A stretch of 63,509 nucleotides of DNA, filler included, from Mobula birostris (taxonomy: Eukaryota), in NCBI RefSeq assembly GCF_030028105.1. It is 3 parts of 3 records of this genome, joined end to end, with 100 filler letters (N's around TTAATTAATTAA, not from the genome) between each part and the next. Parts side by side here need not be neighbours in the genome. Positions count along the whole stretch, not along the records: positions 1 to 18,680 come from NC_092379.1; positions 18,781 to 39,801 come from NC_092370.1; 1 more part is not named here. One strand, 5' to 3'. Below the pieces are notes generated by a model. That model ran no database searches. It worked only from the letters and a program-made list of their open reading frames with translations, and had not been told where the DNA came from. This document shows positions 11,977-24,249 of this stretch, piece by piece. Both the position numbers and the translations under genes were made by a program. The stretch's first letter is position 1, and the number at the start of each line of letters is the position of its first letter.

Positions 11977-12159
11977 GACTAGAGAGAGAGTAAGTCAACT
12001 TAGGGATCAGCACGGCTGCCTGTATCCTGAGCCACTGGAGATGGGTGGGAATTTCAACGAGTATTTATCTTCTGTAGTTAATGAGAAGGAAAATATGACT
12101 GCTCAGAAGGTTGGGAAAATGTGGAGATCTTTTGGAAGGCAGTCATTTTACCAGGGTGG

Positions 12160-12536
12160 ATACATATAAAATTCTAAAGGGATTGGACAGGCTAGATGTA
12201 AGAAGATTGTTCCCAATGTTGGGGAAGTCCAGAACAAGGGGTCACAATTTGAGGATAAAGGGGAAGCCTTTTAGGACAGAGATGAGGAAAAACTTCTTCA
12301 CACAGAGAGTGGTGAATCTGTGCAATCCTCTGCCACAGGAAATAGTTGAGGCCAGTTCATTGGCTATATTTAAGAGGGAGTTAGATAAAGCCCTTGTGGC
12401 TAAAGGGATCAGGGGGTATGGAGGGAAGGCAGGTACAGGGTTCTGAGTTGGATGATCAGCCATGATCGTAATGAATGGCGGTGCAGGCCCGAGGGGCGGA
12501 ATGGCCTACTCCTGCACCTATTTTCTATGTTTCTGT
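12160..12536 (+). mobile_element. CR1 LINE 3' end
   Basis: 'YKILKGLDRLD..RTRGHNLRIKG..KNFFTQRVVNL' plus 3' UTR. Confidence 0.85.
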
Positions 12537-12539
12537 TCA

Positions 12540-15290
12540 CAAGCCTGACTGAGCACATCCCAGGACTTTGTAGGAGGCCCGAGAGGAAATTGCAGAGACC
12601 CTTGTCTTCATCCTTTGCTTCATTGTTCACCACTGGTGGAGTTCCCGAAGACAGGGAGGTGGCTAATATGTAGCAGTGACAAGCAGGAAACTCCAGGCCA
12701 GGCAGCCTGACCTCAGTGGTAGGGAGGTTACTGGAGGGAATTCCTAGGGTCAGTATCTACCAGCGACAAGTGTCTGATCCAGAGGAGTCAGTGTGGCTCT
12801 GTGTGCTCGACGAGCCTCTTTGGAGATGTTTTTTGAAGAGATTACCACAAAGGTAATCGGGGATAGGGCAGTGGATGTAGTCCATTTGGACTTTTGGAAG
12901 GCATTTGACATGATCCCACGTGGTAGACTGGTCTGGAAGGTCGGGTCCCGTGGAGTCCAGGGAGAGCGAGTTTGGTAGATTCAAAACTGTCTCAGTGGTA
13001 GGAAGCAAGAGGATAGTGGATGAAGATTGTTTCTCAGACCAGAGACTGGAGACTAGTGGTGTGCCAGTAATCAGTGTTGGGACCTTTGTTATTTATAGTC
13101 AAAGAGAAGTACAGCAGCCCATCTAGTCCATGCCGAAACCATTTAAACTGCCTACTCCCACCGTCCTGCACCGGGACCATAGCCCTCCATACCCCTACTA
13201 CATATGTACCTATCCAAACTTCTCTTAAACATTGAAATCGAGCTCGTATCCACCACTTATGTTGGCAGCTCATTCCACATTCTCACGACCGTCTGAGTGA
13301 AGAAGATTCCCCTCATGTTTCCCTTAAACTTCTCACCTTTCACCCTAAACCCATGACCCCTGGTTGTAGTCCCGCCCAACCTCAGTGGAAAAAGCCTGCT
13401 TGCAGTTACCCTACCTATACCCTTCATAATTTTGAATACTTCTATCAAAACTCCTTTTAGTCTTCTACTTTCTCAGGATACAGTCCTAACCTTTTCAATC
13501 TTTCCTTATAACTCAGGTCCTCCAGACCCAGCAACATCCTTGTAAATTTTCTCTGCACTCTTTCAAACCTGTTTACATCTTTCCTGTATGTAGGTGACCA
13601 AAACTGCGAACAGTACTCCAAATTAGGCCTCACCAACGTCTTATAGAACTTCAACATAACATCCCAACTCCTGTACTCAGTACTTTGATTTATGAAGGTC
13701 AAGGTTGCAGAAGCTTTCTTTACAACCCTATCGACTTGGGACAACACTTTCAAGGAATTATGAACCTGTATTCACAGAATAAATAATTTGTTATATGTAT
13801 CAGTGATTTGGACGTGAGTGATCAGTAGGTTTTGCAGATGACATAAAATTAGGAGGTTTGTTGATAGTGAAGTAGATTGTCATAGATTGCAAGGGGGGGA
13901 TCTTGATCAGTTAGGAAGTGGGCCGTGCAGTGGCAAATAGATTTCAGTACAGATAAGTGTGAGGTGCTACATACTGACCCTACAGGTAGAAAGGGCCATT
14001 AGGAAAGCTTTTGGCACATTGGCCTTCATAAATCAATGTATTGAGTACAGGAAATGAGATCTGTTGAAATTGATTAAGACGTTGGTAAGGCCTAATTTGG
14101 AGTACCGTGTGCAGTTTTGGGCACCTACCTGCAGGAAAGATGTAAATAAGATTGAAAATTTACAAGGATACTAGCTATAAGGGAAGATTGAATAGGTTAG
14201 GGCAGAGATTTAGGGAAGATCTGATGGAGTGGTACGGATAGGGCAAATGAAAGCAGGCTTTTTCCACTGAGGTGGGTGGGACTAAACAACCAGAGGTCGT
14301 GGGTTAAGGGTGACAGGTGAGAAGTTAAAGGGGAACATGAGAGGAAACTTCCTCCCTCAGAGGGTGGTGAGTGTGTGGAACAAGCTACCAGCACAAGTGG
14401 TGCATGTGATTTTGATTTCAACATTCAAGAGAACTTTGGATCGGTACGTGGATGGGAGGGGTATGGAGACTGTGGTCTATTTGCAGATCAGTAAAATTAC
14501 ACAGTTTAAATGGTTTGGCACAGACTAGATGGGCCAAAAGGCCTGTTTCTGTGCTGTAGTTTTCTGTGACTCTATTTTAGAAAGTCAAACCAGCGCAGGA
14601 CTTGTACTATGGGGTGTAATGGTACACAGTGGCCCAGGGGTACAGGTACATGGTTGCCTGAAAGTGGAGTCACGGGGAGACAGGGTGGTGAAGAAGACGT
14701 CTGGCACGCTGGCTTTCATCAGGGGGTGTAGGAGAAGAGACGTTATGTTGCAGATGTAAGAGACACTGGCGAGGCCACACTTGGAGTACTGTGCACAGTT
14801 TTGGAAAGACGTGGCTCAGCTGGAAAGAGGGCAGAGAAGATTCACGAGGAAGTTGCCAGGGCCAGAGGGTGAGGTCGGCCAGGCAAGATCTTCATGCAGT
14901 AGGAACATAGGAGAACGAGGGACACCCGTACAGAAATGTTTAAAATGATGAGAGGCACAGCTGGGATGAACAGTAACAGTCATTTCCCCAGGGCAGGGGA
15001 GTCCAAATCTGGAAGGCACAGATTTAGGGTGAGAGGGGAGAGATTTAAAAGGGACCCCAGGGACAACATTTGCATTTGAGTTTATGGAACGAGCTGCTGG
15101 AGGGGGAGTTGAGGCAGGGACAATAGTGTCATCTGAAGCACTTGGGCAGGGACATGGAGAGGTGGGGCTTCGGGGGCTATGAGCTGAAAGCAGAGCATTG
15201 AGATGAGCCGGGTCGGGCCTGTGGTCAGCATGGACTAGTCGGGCTGAAGGGCCTGTATCTGTGCTCTATGCGACTCTGTGATCTGTGGAA
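12540..15290. mobile_element. Cluster of fragmented CR1 remnants in both orientations
   Basis: 'LDFWKAFD..PRGRL' (+), 'LVRPNLEYCSQFW' (-, about 13100-13765) and several 3' ends (+). Confidence 0.75.
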
Positions 15291-15651
15291 AAGCGTGAGT
15301 AAATAGCTGGACCGTGACGCCGTGCAGGAATTTGCCCCAGTTAGAGAGAGCGGTTCCCTCAGGCAGAGGCAGAGTGTGTGGATAACATGGAAGGTCGAGG
15401 ACAGAGTCAGGCATGCAAAGTGTCAGAGGCCAGTGGTGGGACTGAGGACTGGCGAGTCTGCAGGGCTCTCGAGAAGGGAAGACTGATCTTAAACCATACT
15501 TGTGTGTGTTCTTGGTACTGGATAGCATGGATCGGTTGGGCCAAAGGGCATGTGTGCGTCCTGTTGGACTCCGTGATGAGGTGACCTGGGTGGGGATGGG
15601 GTCACTAAGATACACACCCCCCTCAACCACACCTTGCCTTTGCCTCCACAG

Positions 15652-15860
15652 CCCAGACAGAGACTGCTCAGGGGGTAGGTGCAGGCCTGCGTAGTGACAG
15701 CCCAGTCCCGCCGGCTGCCCTACCACCCACCAAACCCAGTGGCCTGGACCAGGATGAGAAGATTGACCCCCTCCTCGAGAGGCGGCTGCTCGAGCACCTC
15801 TCCAACCAGGCTCTGCTTCTGCCCACCGACTCGCTTGCCATCCAGAACGCCTTGTTGTCG
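15652..15860 (+). CDS. METTL3: METTL3 coding exon 2
   Basis: Acceptor cctccacAG, donor |GTGAGA; LRSDSPVP..IDPLLERRLLEHLSNQALLLPTDSLAI matches recalled METTL3; exons 1+2 = 300 nt in frame. Confidence 0.92.
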
Positions 15861-15899
15861 GTGAGAGATGGGGGAATGGAGTGCCGCTGAGTCGGGCAC

Positions 15900-18680
15900 A
15901 GGGTGAGACTCCCTCCACACTGTCCCATCACACACAGGCTGAGGCTCCCAACATACCATTCTATCACACACTCATGGAGTCAGACACAGAGTGAAACTCC
16001 CTCCACACCGTCCCATCACACACTCCCAGGGTCAGACACAGAGTGAAACTCCCTCCACACTGTCCCATCACACACTCCCGGGGTCAGACACAGAGTGAAT
16101 CTCCCTCCACACCGTCCCATCACACACTCCCGGGGTCAGACACAGAGTGAAACTCCATCCACACCATCCCATCACACACTCCCAGGGTCAGACACAGAGT
16201 GAAACTCTATCCACACCATCCCATCACACACTCCCAGGGTCAGACACAGAGTGAAACTCCCTCCACACTGTCCCATCACACACTCCCGGGGTCAGACACA
16301 GAGTGAAACTCCATCCACACCATACCATCACACACTCCCGGAGTCAGACACAGAGTGAAACTCCCTCCACACCGTTCCATCACACACTCCCAGGGTCAGA
16401 CACAGAGTGAAACTCCCTCCACACCGTCCCATCACACACTCCCGGGGTCAGACACAGAGTGAATCTCCCTCCACACAGTCCCATCACACACTCCCGGGGT
16501 CAGACACAGAGTGAAACTCCATCCACACCATCCCATCACACACTCCCAGGGTCAGACACAGAGTGAAACTCTATCCACACCATCCCATCACACACTCCCA
16601 GGGTCAGACACAGAGTGAAACTCCCTCCACACTGTCCCATCACACACTCCCAGGGTCTGCGGAGGATGCGCGAGTGCCAAGATGCTTTCTCGGCGGCATC
16701 CTCCGCCAGGATCAACTGGGCGAAATGTTCCGGACTCTTAGTAGGCCAGTGGCAGATGGACTCCCTGCCGGAGGAGATGAGAGCTTTTGAGTGGAGCACC
16801 AGACGTCTTCTCTATCTGGGAGTCTACCTGAGTCCTTCTGGGGAGACCTGACTGGCAAACTGGCAGGACCTGGAGACAAAGGTCATGGCCCGGCTAGGGC
16901 GCTGGTCAGGCCTTCTCAGGGTGCTTTCCTATCGAGGCAGGGCGGTGGTCATAAACCAGCTGGTGGCCTCCATGTTGTGGTACCGGATGGTCACCTTGGC
17001 CCCCCCTGCCCCTTTTGTCGCAAGAATGCAGAGGAAGCTAGTGGACTTCTTCTGGGGAAACAGGAAGCACTGGGTCTCTGCAGCGGTTCTGAGTCTCCCA
17101 GAAGGAGAGGGCGGACAGTCGCTGGTGTGTGTACGCACACGACTGGCGGCTCTCCGCCTCAGGACTCTGCAGAGATTCCTGTACGCCGAGCACCCTCCCA
17201 GGTGGCACGTGTTGGCGACTTTCTTCCTCCGGAGGGGCTGCTGTCTTGCCGAAGATATGCAGCTACCACCGGCGGGCGTCAGCCGTGCAGCTTTGCAGAG
17301 GCTGCCCGGCTTCTATCAGGACCTACTGAGAGTCTGGAACATGGTTGCCTCAGGCCGGGAATCCCCTCCTCTGGCAGAGGGTGGGGTCCTGGCCGACCCT
17401 TGCCCTGTCTCAACAGATGTCAGTGTGGCTCAGATGTGTGGAACGACTCGGGCTGAGCTGCTCGTCGGGCCCAGGCCCCGCAGCCTTACCCGAGAGACGA
17501 ATCCACACAACTTGAGCCATCTTTCATCAACACCCACAATCCCATTCAGGGATGCAGGCAGGAGGTACCTTTATGGGCTGCTGCTCCACACCCTCCACTT
17601 CCTAGCCCTTGTCCACCGTCCCGACACGCCATGGCGGTCGGTCTTTCCACCTGGAGGTGAGGGGGGTCCCCAATGGAAGTCCCTCTACAGGGGAGTCCTC
17701 CCCATGCACCTTGGGGATCTCGGCTGGAGGGTGCTGCACAAAGCGGTGCCCTGCAATAAGTTCTTTAGTTTGTACACGGATCTCCCAGCCGCGTGTCACT
17801 TCTGCGGGCTGGAGGAGACCGTGTACCATATGTACGTGGAGTGTGTGAGGCTGCAGCCCCTTTTCGCGTATTTGCGTGGGCTGCTTCTCGCCTTCTGGTT
17901 GCATTTCAGTCCCACCCTATTCATATATGGTCATCCAGTAAGGAGGGGGGCACAGAGGGATGAGGATGTCCTTGTCAACTTGCTCCTGGGACTGGCGAAA
18001 ATTGCCATCCGTGGCTCCTGGAAAAGGGTGGCAGGAGGTTCTCCCCGGGCGGACTGCCTGGCTATGTTTAGGGGGTATGTTCGTGCCCGGGTGAATATTG
18101 AAAAGGAATACACACAGTCCACGGCGACCGTAGAGATGTTCCGGGACCGTTGGGCTCCGCGGGGTGTAAATGCCATCATTGATGAGCATGGCAATATATT
18201 GGTTTAACATGTATTGTCTGCTGTAGTGTAGTAAATCTGTTAGTCACTGGGTTTGTAAATATTGTATAGCACCGACATTTGTAATAAAGAATTTTGTAAA
18301 AAAAAAGGGTCAGACACAGAGTGAATCTCCCTCTACACCGTCCCATCACACACTCCCGGGGTCAGACACAGAGTGAAACTCCCTCCACACCATCCCATCA
18401 CACACTCCCGGGGTCAGGCACAGGGTGAAACTCCCTCCACACCATCCTATCACACACTCCCGGAGTCAGACACAGAGTGAAGCTCCCTCCACACCGTCCC
18501 ATCACACACTCCCGGGGTCAGGCACAGAGTGAAACTCTCTCCACACCATCCCATCACACACTCCCGGGGTCAGGCACAGGGTGAAACTCCCTCCACACCG
18601 TCCCATCACACACTCTCGGGGTCAGACACAAAGTGAATCTCCCTCTACACCGTCCCATCACACACACCCGGGGTCAGACA
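15900..18680. repeat. 52-bp satellite B, C-rich orientation, in METTL3 intron 2, running to contig end
   Basis: Unit gggtcagacacagagtgaaactccctccacaccgtcccatcacacactcccg. Confidence 0.97.
16658..18306 (+). mobile_element. Tx1-clade LINE, 5'-truncated ORF2 (late RT + CCHC zinc finger), inserted in satellite B
   Basis: One frame with a single TGA (16849-51); YLGV, FFWG..HW, LSLP..EGG, C-x2-C..ETVYH..C; AATAAA 18283, poly(A); (a)gggtc repeated at both flanks. Confidence 0.92.
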
Positions 18681-18780
18681 NNNNNNNNNNNNNNNNNNNN
18701 NNNNNNNNNNNNNNNNNNNNNNNNTTAATTAATTAANNNNNNNNNNNNNNNNNNNNNNNNNNNNNNNNNNNNNNNNNNNN
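18681..18780. other. Artificial contig linker
   Basis: 44 N + TTAATTAATTAA (stops in all six frames) + 44 N. Confidence 0.97.
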
Positions 18781-18972
18781 CACACAAAGTTGCTGGTGAA
18801 CGCAGCAGGCCAGGCAGCATCTCTAGGAAGAGGTGCAGTCGACGTTTCAGGCTGAGACCCTTCGTCAGGACTAATGTTAGTCCTGACGAAGGGTCTCGGC
18901 CTGAAATGTCGACTGCACCTCTTCCTAGAGATGCTGCCTGGCCTGCTGCGTTCACCAGCAACTTTGATGTGT
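18781..18972. mobile_element. Inverted pair of Penelope-like terminal repeats with hammerhead cores
   Basis: About 94-bp arms, 2-nt spacer (18875-76), CTGACGA..GAAA(C/T)GTC in each arm. Confidence 0.75.
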
Positions 18973-19009
18973 GTTGCTTGAATTTCCAGCATCTACAGAA
19001 TTCCTGTTG

Positions 19010-19713
19010 TTTGAGTTACTTATCACCGATGGTTTGTTTTGAAAAGAGAGAGAGAGACAAAGATTAACGGTTGGACTGTCCCGTTAGGGTGCGGGAGGTA
19101 ACTTTGGATTTCTACTTTGGAGATAGCACCAAGCAGCTTGAAGGTTGCTATTGTGACCGACAGCACAGTATTGATGTTACTTTCAAGGACAGCTCTGCTT
19201 GCTTGCATGTCCTCACAGACAAAGGAAGGAGGGACTCTTTGAATGACAGGTGATGCTCAGCACAGTGAGATAAATAGGATGTCAGAGGATACAGACCTCA
19301 GACACCTGATCTGGACACTGAATGAGCATTGTTGTGCCCGCAGAGAAAGTGGGTTTTGGAGGATCGATCCAATTGCTCTTGCAGTGGAAGAAGGAGAAGG
19401 GGTTGACTGGTGGGGAGTTGTCTATGTGTCCACCCTTGCTGGGGTGATAGCTCCACCACGGGAAAACCGATCCCCCTTGTTAAAGTCACAGTCGGTGGCT
19501 TGTGAAGGACTTCGAGAAGATCGACGGCATCAGCTCACCTGAAGACTCAAATCTCTCTCTCTCTCCCCATCGCTACTCAACTAAATACCATGAACTGAAC
19601 CGAACTTTACTCATCATTGTAAGACTGTATCTTTTTACCCCTAGACTTAAAGCTTGGTTTTTCATACATATACTTCCACACTTACTGATATACTTACATA
19701 CACACACACACAC

Positions 19714-19744
<31 letters not shown>

Positions 19745-20076
19745 AAATCACTGCTAACCTGTTTGATTTATTTACATTTATATTACTGTATTGTGTAATC
19801 ACTAATAAATATTATTAGTTTATAGCAATACTAGACTCCAAAGTGTTTTCCATCTCTGCTGGTTCTTTATCCCCGTCACGGGGTTCGTGCAAGTCAAAGT
19901 AAGTTATAAAGCTTAATCGTTTAATTGCATATTGTGCACGGTTTGTTATTTCGGGGTACTAAATTTGTAATGGTGGACACATCGCACAGCATCAATCCAA
20001 AGGAGATTTCTTTAGTTTGGTCTGGCAGGGGGGTTATCACCCCCTAGATTAAGCCGCTAGAAGAAGCAAGTGTTAC
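19010..20076 (+). mobile_element. Probable LTR-retrotransposon solo-LTR sequence(s)
   Basis: AATAAA plus LTR-like 3' end near 19890 and a second ending tgttaca near 20076; from recalled similarity only. Confidence 0.4.
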
Positions 20077-20145
20077 ATGTGATAGGAAAATTCTCCAGCA
20101 TAATGCTGAGGAAACCTGTCAAAACGGGGTGGCATGGTGGCACAG

Positions 20146-20300
20146 CAATTATTGCCGATGACTCTCAGCTCCAGGGGACCTGTTCAATCCTGACCACAGC
20201 TGCTAACTGAGTGAAGTTTGCTCCTTCTCTCCAGCTGCTCCAGTTTCCTCCCACATCTAAAGACATGGTTAATGCCTTACTGTAACTTATCCTTCAATGT
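20146..20300 (+). mobile_element. Degenerate tRNA-derived V-SINE/HE1-like SINE
   Basis: ggtggcatggtggcacagc head, gttcaatcc B box, tttcctcccacat core. Confidence 0.6.
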
Positions 20301-20444
20301 AGGCTCATGAGAAAAAGAATCAAAGAGGAGTTGATAAAGAATGAGTTGCAGAAATACAGAAAATTTACAAAAGGGAAGAGGACTGTTGGAGTTGCTGCCC
20401 TGGGAGCCAGTAGGCCAAACGGCGTCCTTCTGCATCCAGTGGCA

Positions 20445-21025
20445 AAGTAGGATGATGTTTATACTGGCAACCTCTCCCTCAATGTCACAAAAACAAAGCA
20501 GCTGGTTGTGGACCCAGGAGGATTGGAGACAGGCTAATCCCTATTGACATCAATGGTTGAGAGGGTGAACAGCTTCAAGTTCCTCGGCATACACATCACT
20601 GAGGATCTCATTTGGTCTGTACACAACGGCTGTGTGGTGAGAAAGGTACAACAGTGCATCTTTTACCTCAGACGGTTGAAGCAGTTTGGCATGAGTCCCC
20701 AAATCCTAAGAACATTCTACAGGGGCACAATTGAGAGCATCCTGACCAGATGCATTACTGCCTGGTATGGGAACTGTACTTCCCTCAATTGCAGGACTCT
20801 GCAGAGAGTGGTGCGGACAGCCCAGCACATCTATAGATGGGAACTTCCCACTATTCAAGACATTTACAGAGACAGGTGTGTAAAAAGGGCCTGAAAGATC
20901 ATCGGGGACCGTGTCACCCCAACCACAAACTATCCCAACTGCTACCATCCAGCAAACAGTACCACAGCATAAAAGCCAGCAGCAACAGGCCCCAGGACAG
21001 CATCTTCCACCAGGTCATCCTGTCA
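20445..21025 (+). mobile_element. Rex1/Babar-like LINE RT C-terminal remnant
   Basis: 'VERVNSFKFLGIHITEDLIWS..FYRGTIESILTRCITAWYGN'. Confidence 0.8.
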
Positions 21026-21219
21026 CAAGACAACAAATTTCACGATATAACAGTAATAAAAAATCTGACTCTGAAGTTAATTCTGACATATTTGCATAGT
21101 ACAATGTGTAATACAAAATCTGATTATATATTGTTGTTTCATAAACAAATCAGACAATTTTTAACTACTAAGAGCATACAGTATTTCAAATGAAAGTATA
21201 AAGAATTTGCAATACTCAC

Positions 21220-21417
21220 CTTGTTGAAAACTACATTCTGATTTGACCAAAATTTCTGGTTCCAATTCTGCGTATCTACTCTTAATTTTCTCAGCTGCCT
21301 TTCCAGTTTGGATTCATTCTTTGGAATGTGAAACTTCACGTATCTTAAGTTTGAAAATCTATCTGGAGGGCCAACCCAGTCAAAGTGTGAGTCCTTTGGC
21401 GGCTGGAAGTCTGAAAT
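21220..21417 (-). CDS. COA8: Cytochrome c oxidase assembly factor 8 (APOPT1), exon 2
   Basis: cttttAG|[66 protein letters not shown]|GTGAGT; 198 nt, phase 0-0. Confidence 0.93.
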
Positions 21418-21785
21418 CTAAAAGATTATTTCAATTGGCACAAATTATTATTTATCTTAAAACTGTAGTGAGATTCAAAATTGACCTCACAATCTACCTC
21501 GCTGTGATCTGACACCTTACTGTCTACCTGCACTGTAACATTTTACTCTGCACTGTTTACCTTGTTCTACCTCAGTGCAACAATGTAATGAATTAATCTG
21601 TATGGATTGTATGCAAGACAAAAAAATCCACAATACTTCACTACATGTGACAATAATAAACTAATTTAAAAATTTAATTTACCGATTTTTAAAACCAAAG
21701 TCATAATTCACTTTTAATGAATAGATTGACTGGAGCCTGATATATTTTGGATAGCAGATACTAAGACAACATTCCTTGCATAGAG

Positions 21786-21786
<1 letters not shown>

Positions 21787-21831
<45 letters not shown>
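21787..21831. repeat. (TG)n microsatellite
   Basis: Direct. Confidence 0.98.
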
Positions 21832-21834
<3 letters not shown>

Positions 21835-21907
21835 GCACCTATAGGGTTATTAGACCCTCACTCTCCTGCAGGTGAATAAATAATTCCCTGCTTGTCCCAG
21901 GTATGTA

Positions 21908-23819
21908 CAGTGGTGCTAAAAAGTTTGTGAACCCTGTAGAATTTTCTCTATTTCTCCATAAATAAGACCTAAAATGTGATCAGATCTTCATGGAAGTCCT
22001 AAAACTAGATAAAGAGAACCTAATTAAATAAATAACACAAAATGCATTATATTTGTTCATTTATTTATTGAGAAAAATTATCCAATATTACATGTATTTG
22101 TTGGAAAAAGTATGTGAACCTTTGCTTTCAGTAACTGGAGTGACCTCCTTGTGCAGCAATAACTTCTACCAAACATTTCCAGTAACTGTTTATCAATCCT
22201 GCACATCAGCTTGGAGGAATTTTAGGCCATTTCCTCCTTAGAAAATTGGGATATTGGCGGGCTTCTTTGCATGAACTGCTTGTTTCAGGTTCTTCCACAA
22301 CATTCTATAAGATTAAGGTCAGGACTTTGACTCAGCCATTCCAAAACACAATTCTTCTTTTTAAACCATTCTGTTGTTGATCTACTTTTGTCTTTCAGAT
22401 TATTGACTTGTTGCAATTATCCAACTTCTATTGAGCTTCCAGTGATGGACTGCTACTCTGATATTCTCCTGTAACATTTCTTGATACAATTTTGAATTCA
22501 TTGTTCCCTCAACCATTGCAAGCTGTTCAGGCCCTGAGGGAGCAAAGCAGCTCCAAACCATGATGCTTCTTCCACCATGCTTCACAGTTGGGATGCCCTT
22601 TTTCCTCCAAACAATGTGCATTTTTGCCCAAAAGTTCAACTTTTGTCCCTTCTGTCCATAGAACATTGTCCCAGAAGCACAGCAGAACATCCAGGTGGTC
22701 TTTTGCAAACCTGAGACATGCAGCAATGTTTTTTTGGAGAGCAGTGGTTTCCTACGTGGTGTCCTTCTATGAACACCTCTCTTGTTCAGTGTTTTTCTTA
22801 CAGGCATTGATCACGTGGATAGTCAGAGACTTTTTCCCAGGACTAAAATGGTTGCCACAAGAGGACACAGGTTTAAGGTTCTGGGGAATAGGTACAGAGG
22901 AGATGTCAGGGGTAACTTTTTTTTCACAGAAAGTGGTGAGTGTGTGGAATGGGCTGCTGGCAACAGTGGTGGAGGCAGGTAAGATAGGGTCTTAAGAGAC
23001 TTTTGGATAGGTACATGGAGCTTAGAAAAATAAAGGGCTATGGGTAAGCCTAGTAATTTCTAAGGTAGGGACATGTTCGGCACAACTTTGTGGGCTGAAG
23101 GGCCTGTATTATGCTGTAGGTTTTCTATGTTTCTATGGACAGATGAGCAGAGACCTTAGCAAGTTCTAGAGATTTCTGCAGGTCTTTTATTGTTACCGTT
23201 GGGTTCTTTTTCATCTCCTTCAGCATTACATGTTGTGCTCTTGGCGTGATCTTTGCAGGACGTCCACTCTCAGGGAGAGTAGCAACAATATTGAATTTCC
23301 TTCATTTGTAGACAATTTCTCTTACTGTGGACTGATGAACACTCAAGTCTTTAGAAATGTTTTTGTAGCCTTTTCTAGCTCACGCATCTCTACAATTCTT
23401 CTTCTAAGGCCCTCTGAAAGTTGTTTTGATCAAGGCATGGTGCACATAATCATTCTTGAGAAGAGCAGACTCTGCCAGCAACCTGACTTTGTGTGTGTGT
23501 TTTTTTTAAATAGGGCAGGGCACCTCTACAACCTAAACTTCCAATCCCACCTCATTGATTGGAACAGCTGACTCTAAATAGCTTTTGTAGAAGCCACTAC
23601 CCCAAAGATTCACATCCTTTTTTCTACATTTACATGTAATATTGGATAATTTTTCTCAATAAATATATAAACAAGTATAATGTATTTTGTGTTACTTATT
23701 TAATTAGGTTCTCTTTATCTAGTTTTAGGACTTACATGAGGAACTGATCACATTTTGGATCATACTTATGGAGAAATAGAGAAAATTCTACAGGCTTCAC
23801 AAACTTTTTAGTACCACTG
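21908..23819 (-). mobile_element. Tc1-like DNA transposon, decayed, about 215-bp TIRs, TA TSD
   Basis: TA|cagtggtgctaaaaagtttgtgaa...ttcacaaactttttagtaccactg|TA; 'RRTPRRKPLLSKK', 'KHGGRSIMVW.CF' remnants. Confidence 0.92.
22803..23137 (+). mobile_element. CR1 3' end nested in the Tc1 element
   Basis: 'GIDHVDSQRLFPR..TRGHRFKV' plus 3' UTR ending ttctatgtttctatg. Confidence 0.85.
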
Positions 23820-24249
23820 TATTCTTGTGATTGATTCTTTTATTCCACAACATCACAATTAAAACTTGCTCACAAAAGTAATAGTTCAGATCAACAAGGA
23901 CTTGAACTGCATCAATCGTTGGCCGATTTGTCAGCTTTCACATATCAATAATGTTTCATGTTTTTCTATGTTAAAAAAAACAGGTTAAATAAAATATTTA
24001 ATGTTATATTAATTTCTCCAATGCCTTGGAAACTATAATGTAAATAAAAGTAACTTAGTCAGATAGCTACAGAAAAGTACTGACATTTACTTAGATGCCT
24101 GAAGATATATTATTTAAAATTGACAAATCAAATTGGCCAGATTGAAATATTTGCAAACTAAACAATATTTGGAAGAAATTTTATCAAAGTAAAAAGAAAC
24201 TGAAGAAAAGAAATGAAATATATTAAAACAAGTAAATTTTTATTGAATA

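Noticed and set aside
18725-18736. TTAATTAATTAA palindrome within the N-run (also 39846-39857)
   Set aside because: Synthetic six-frame stop linker, not biological
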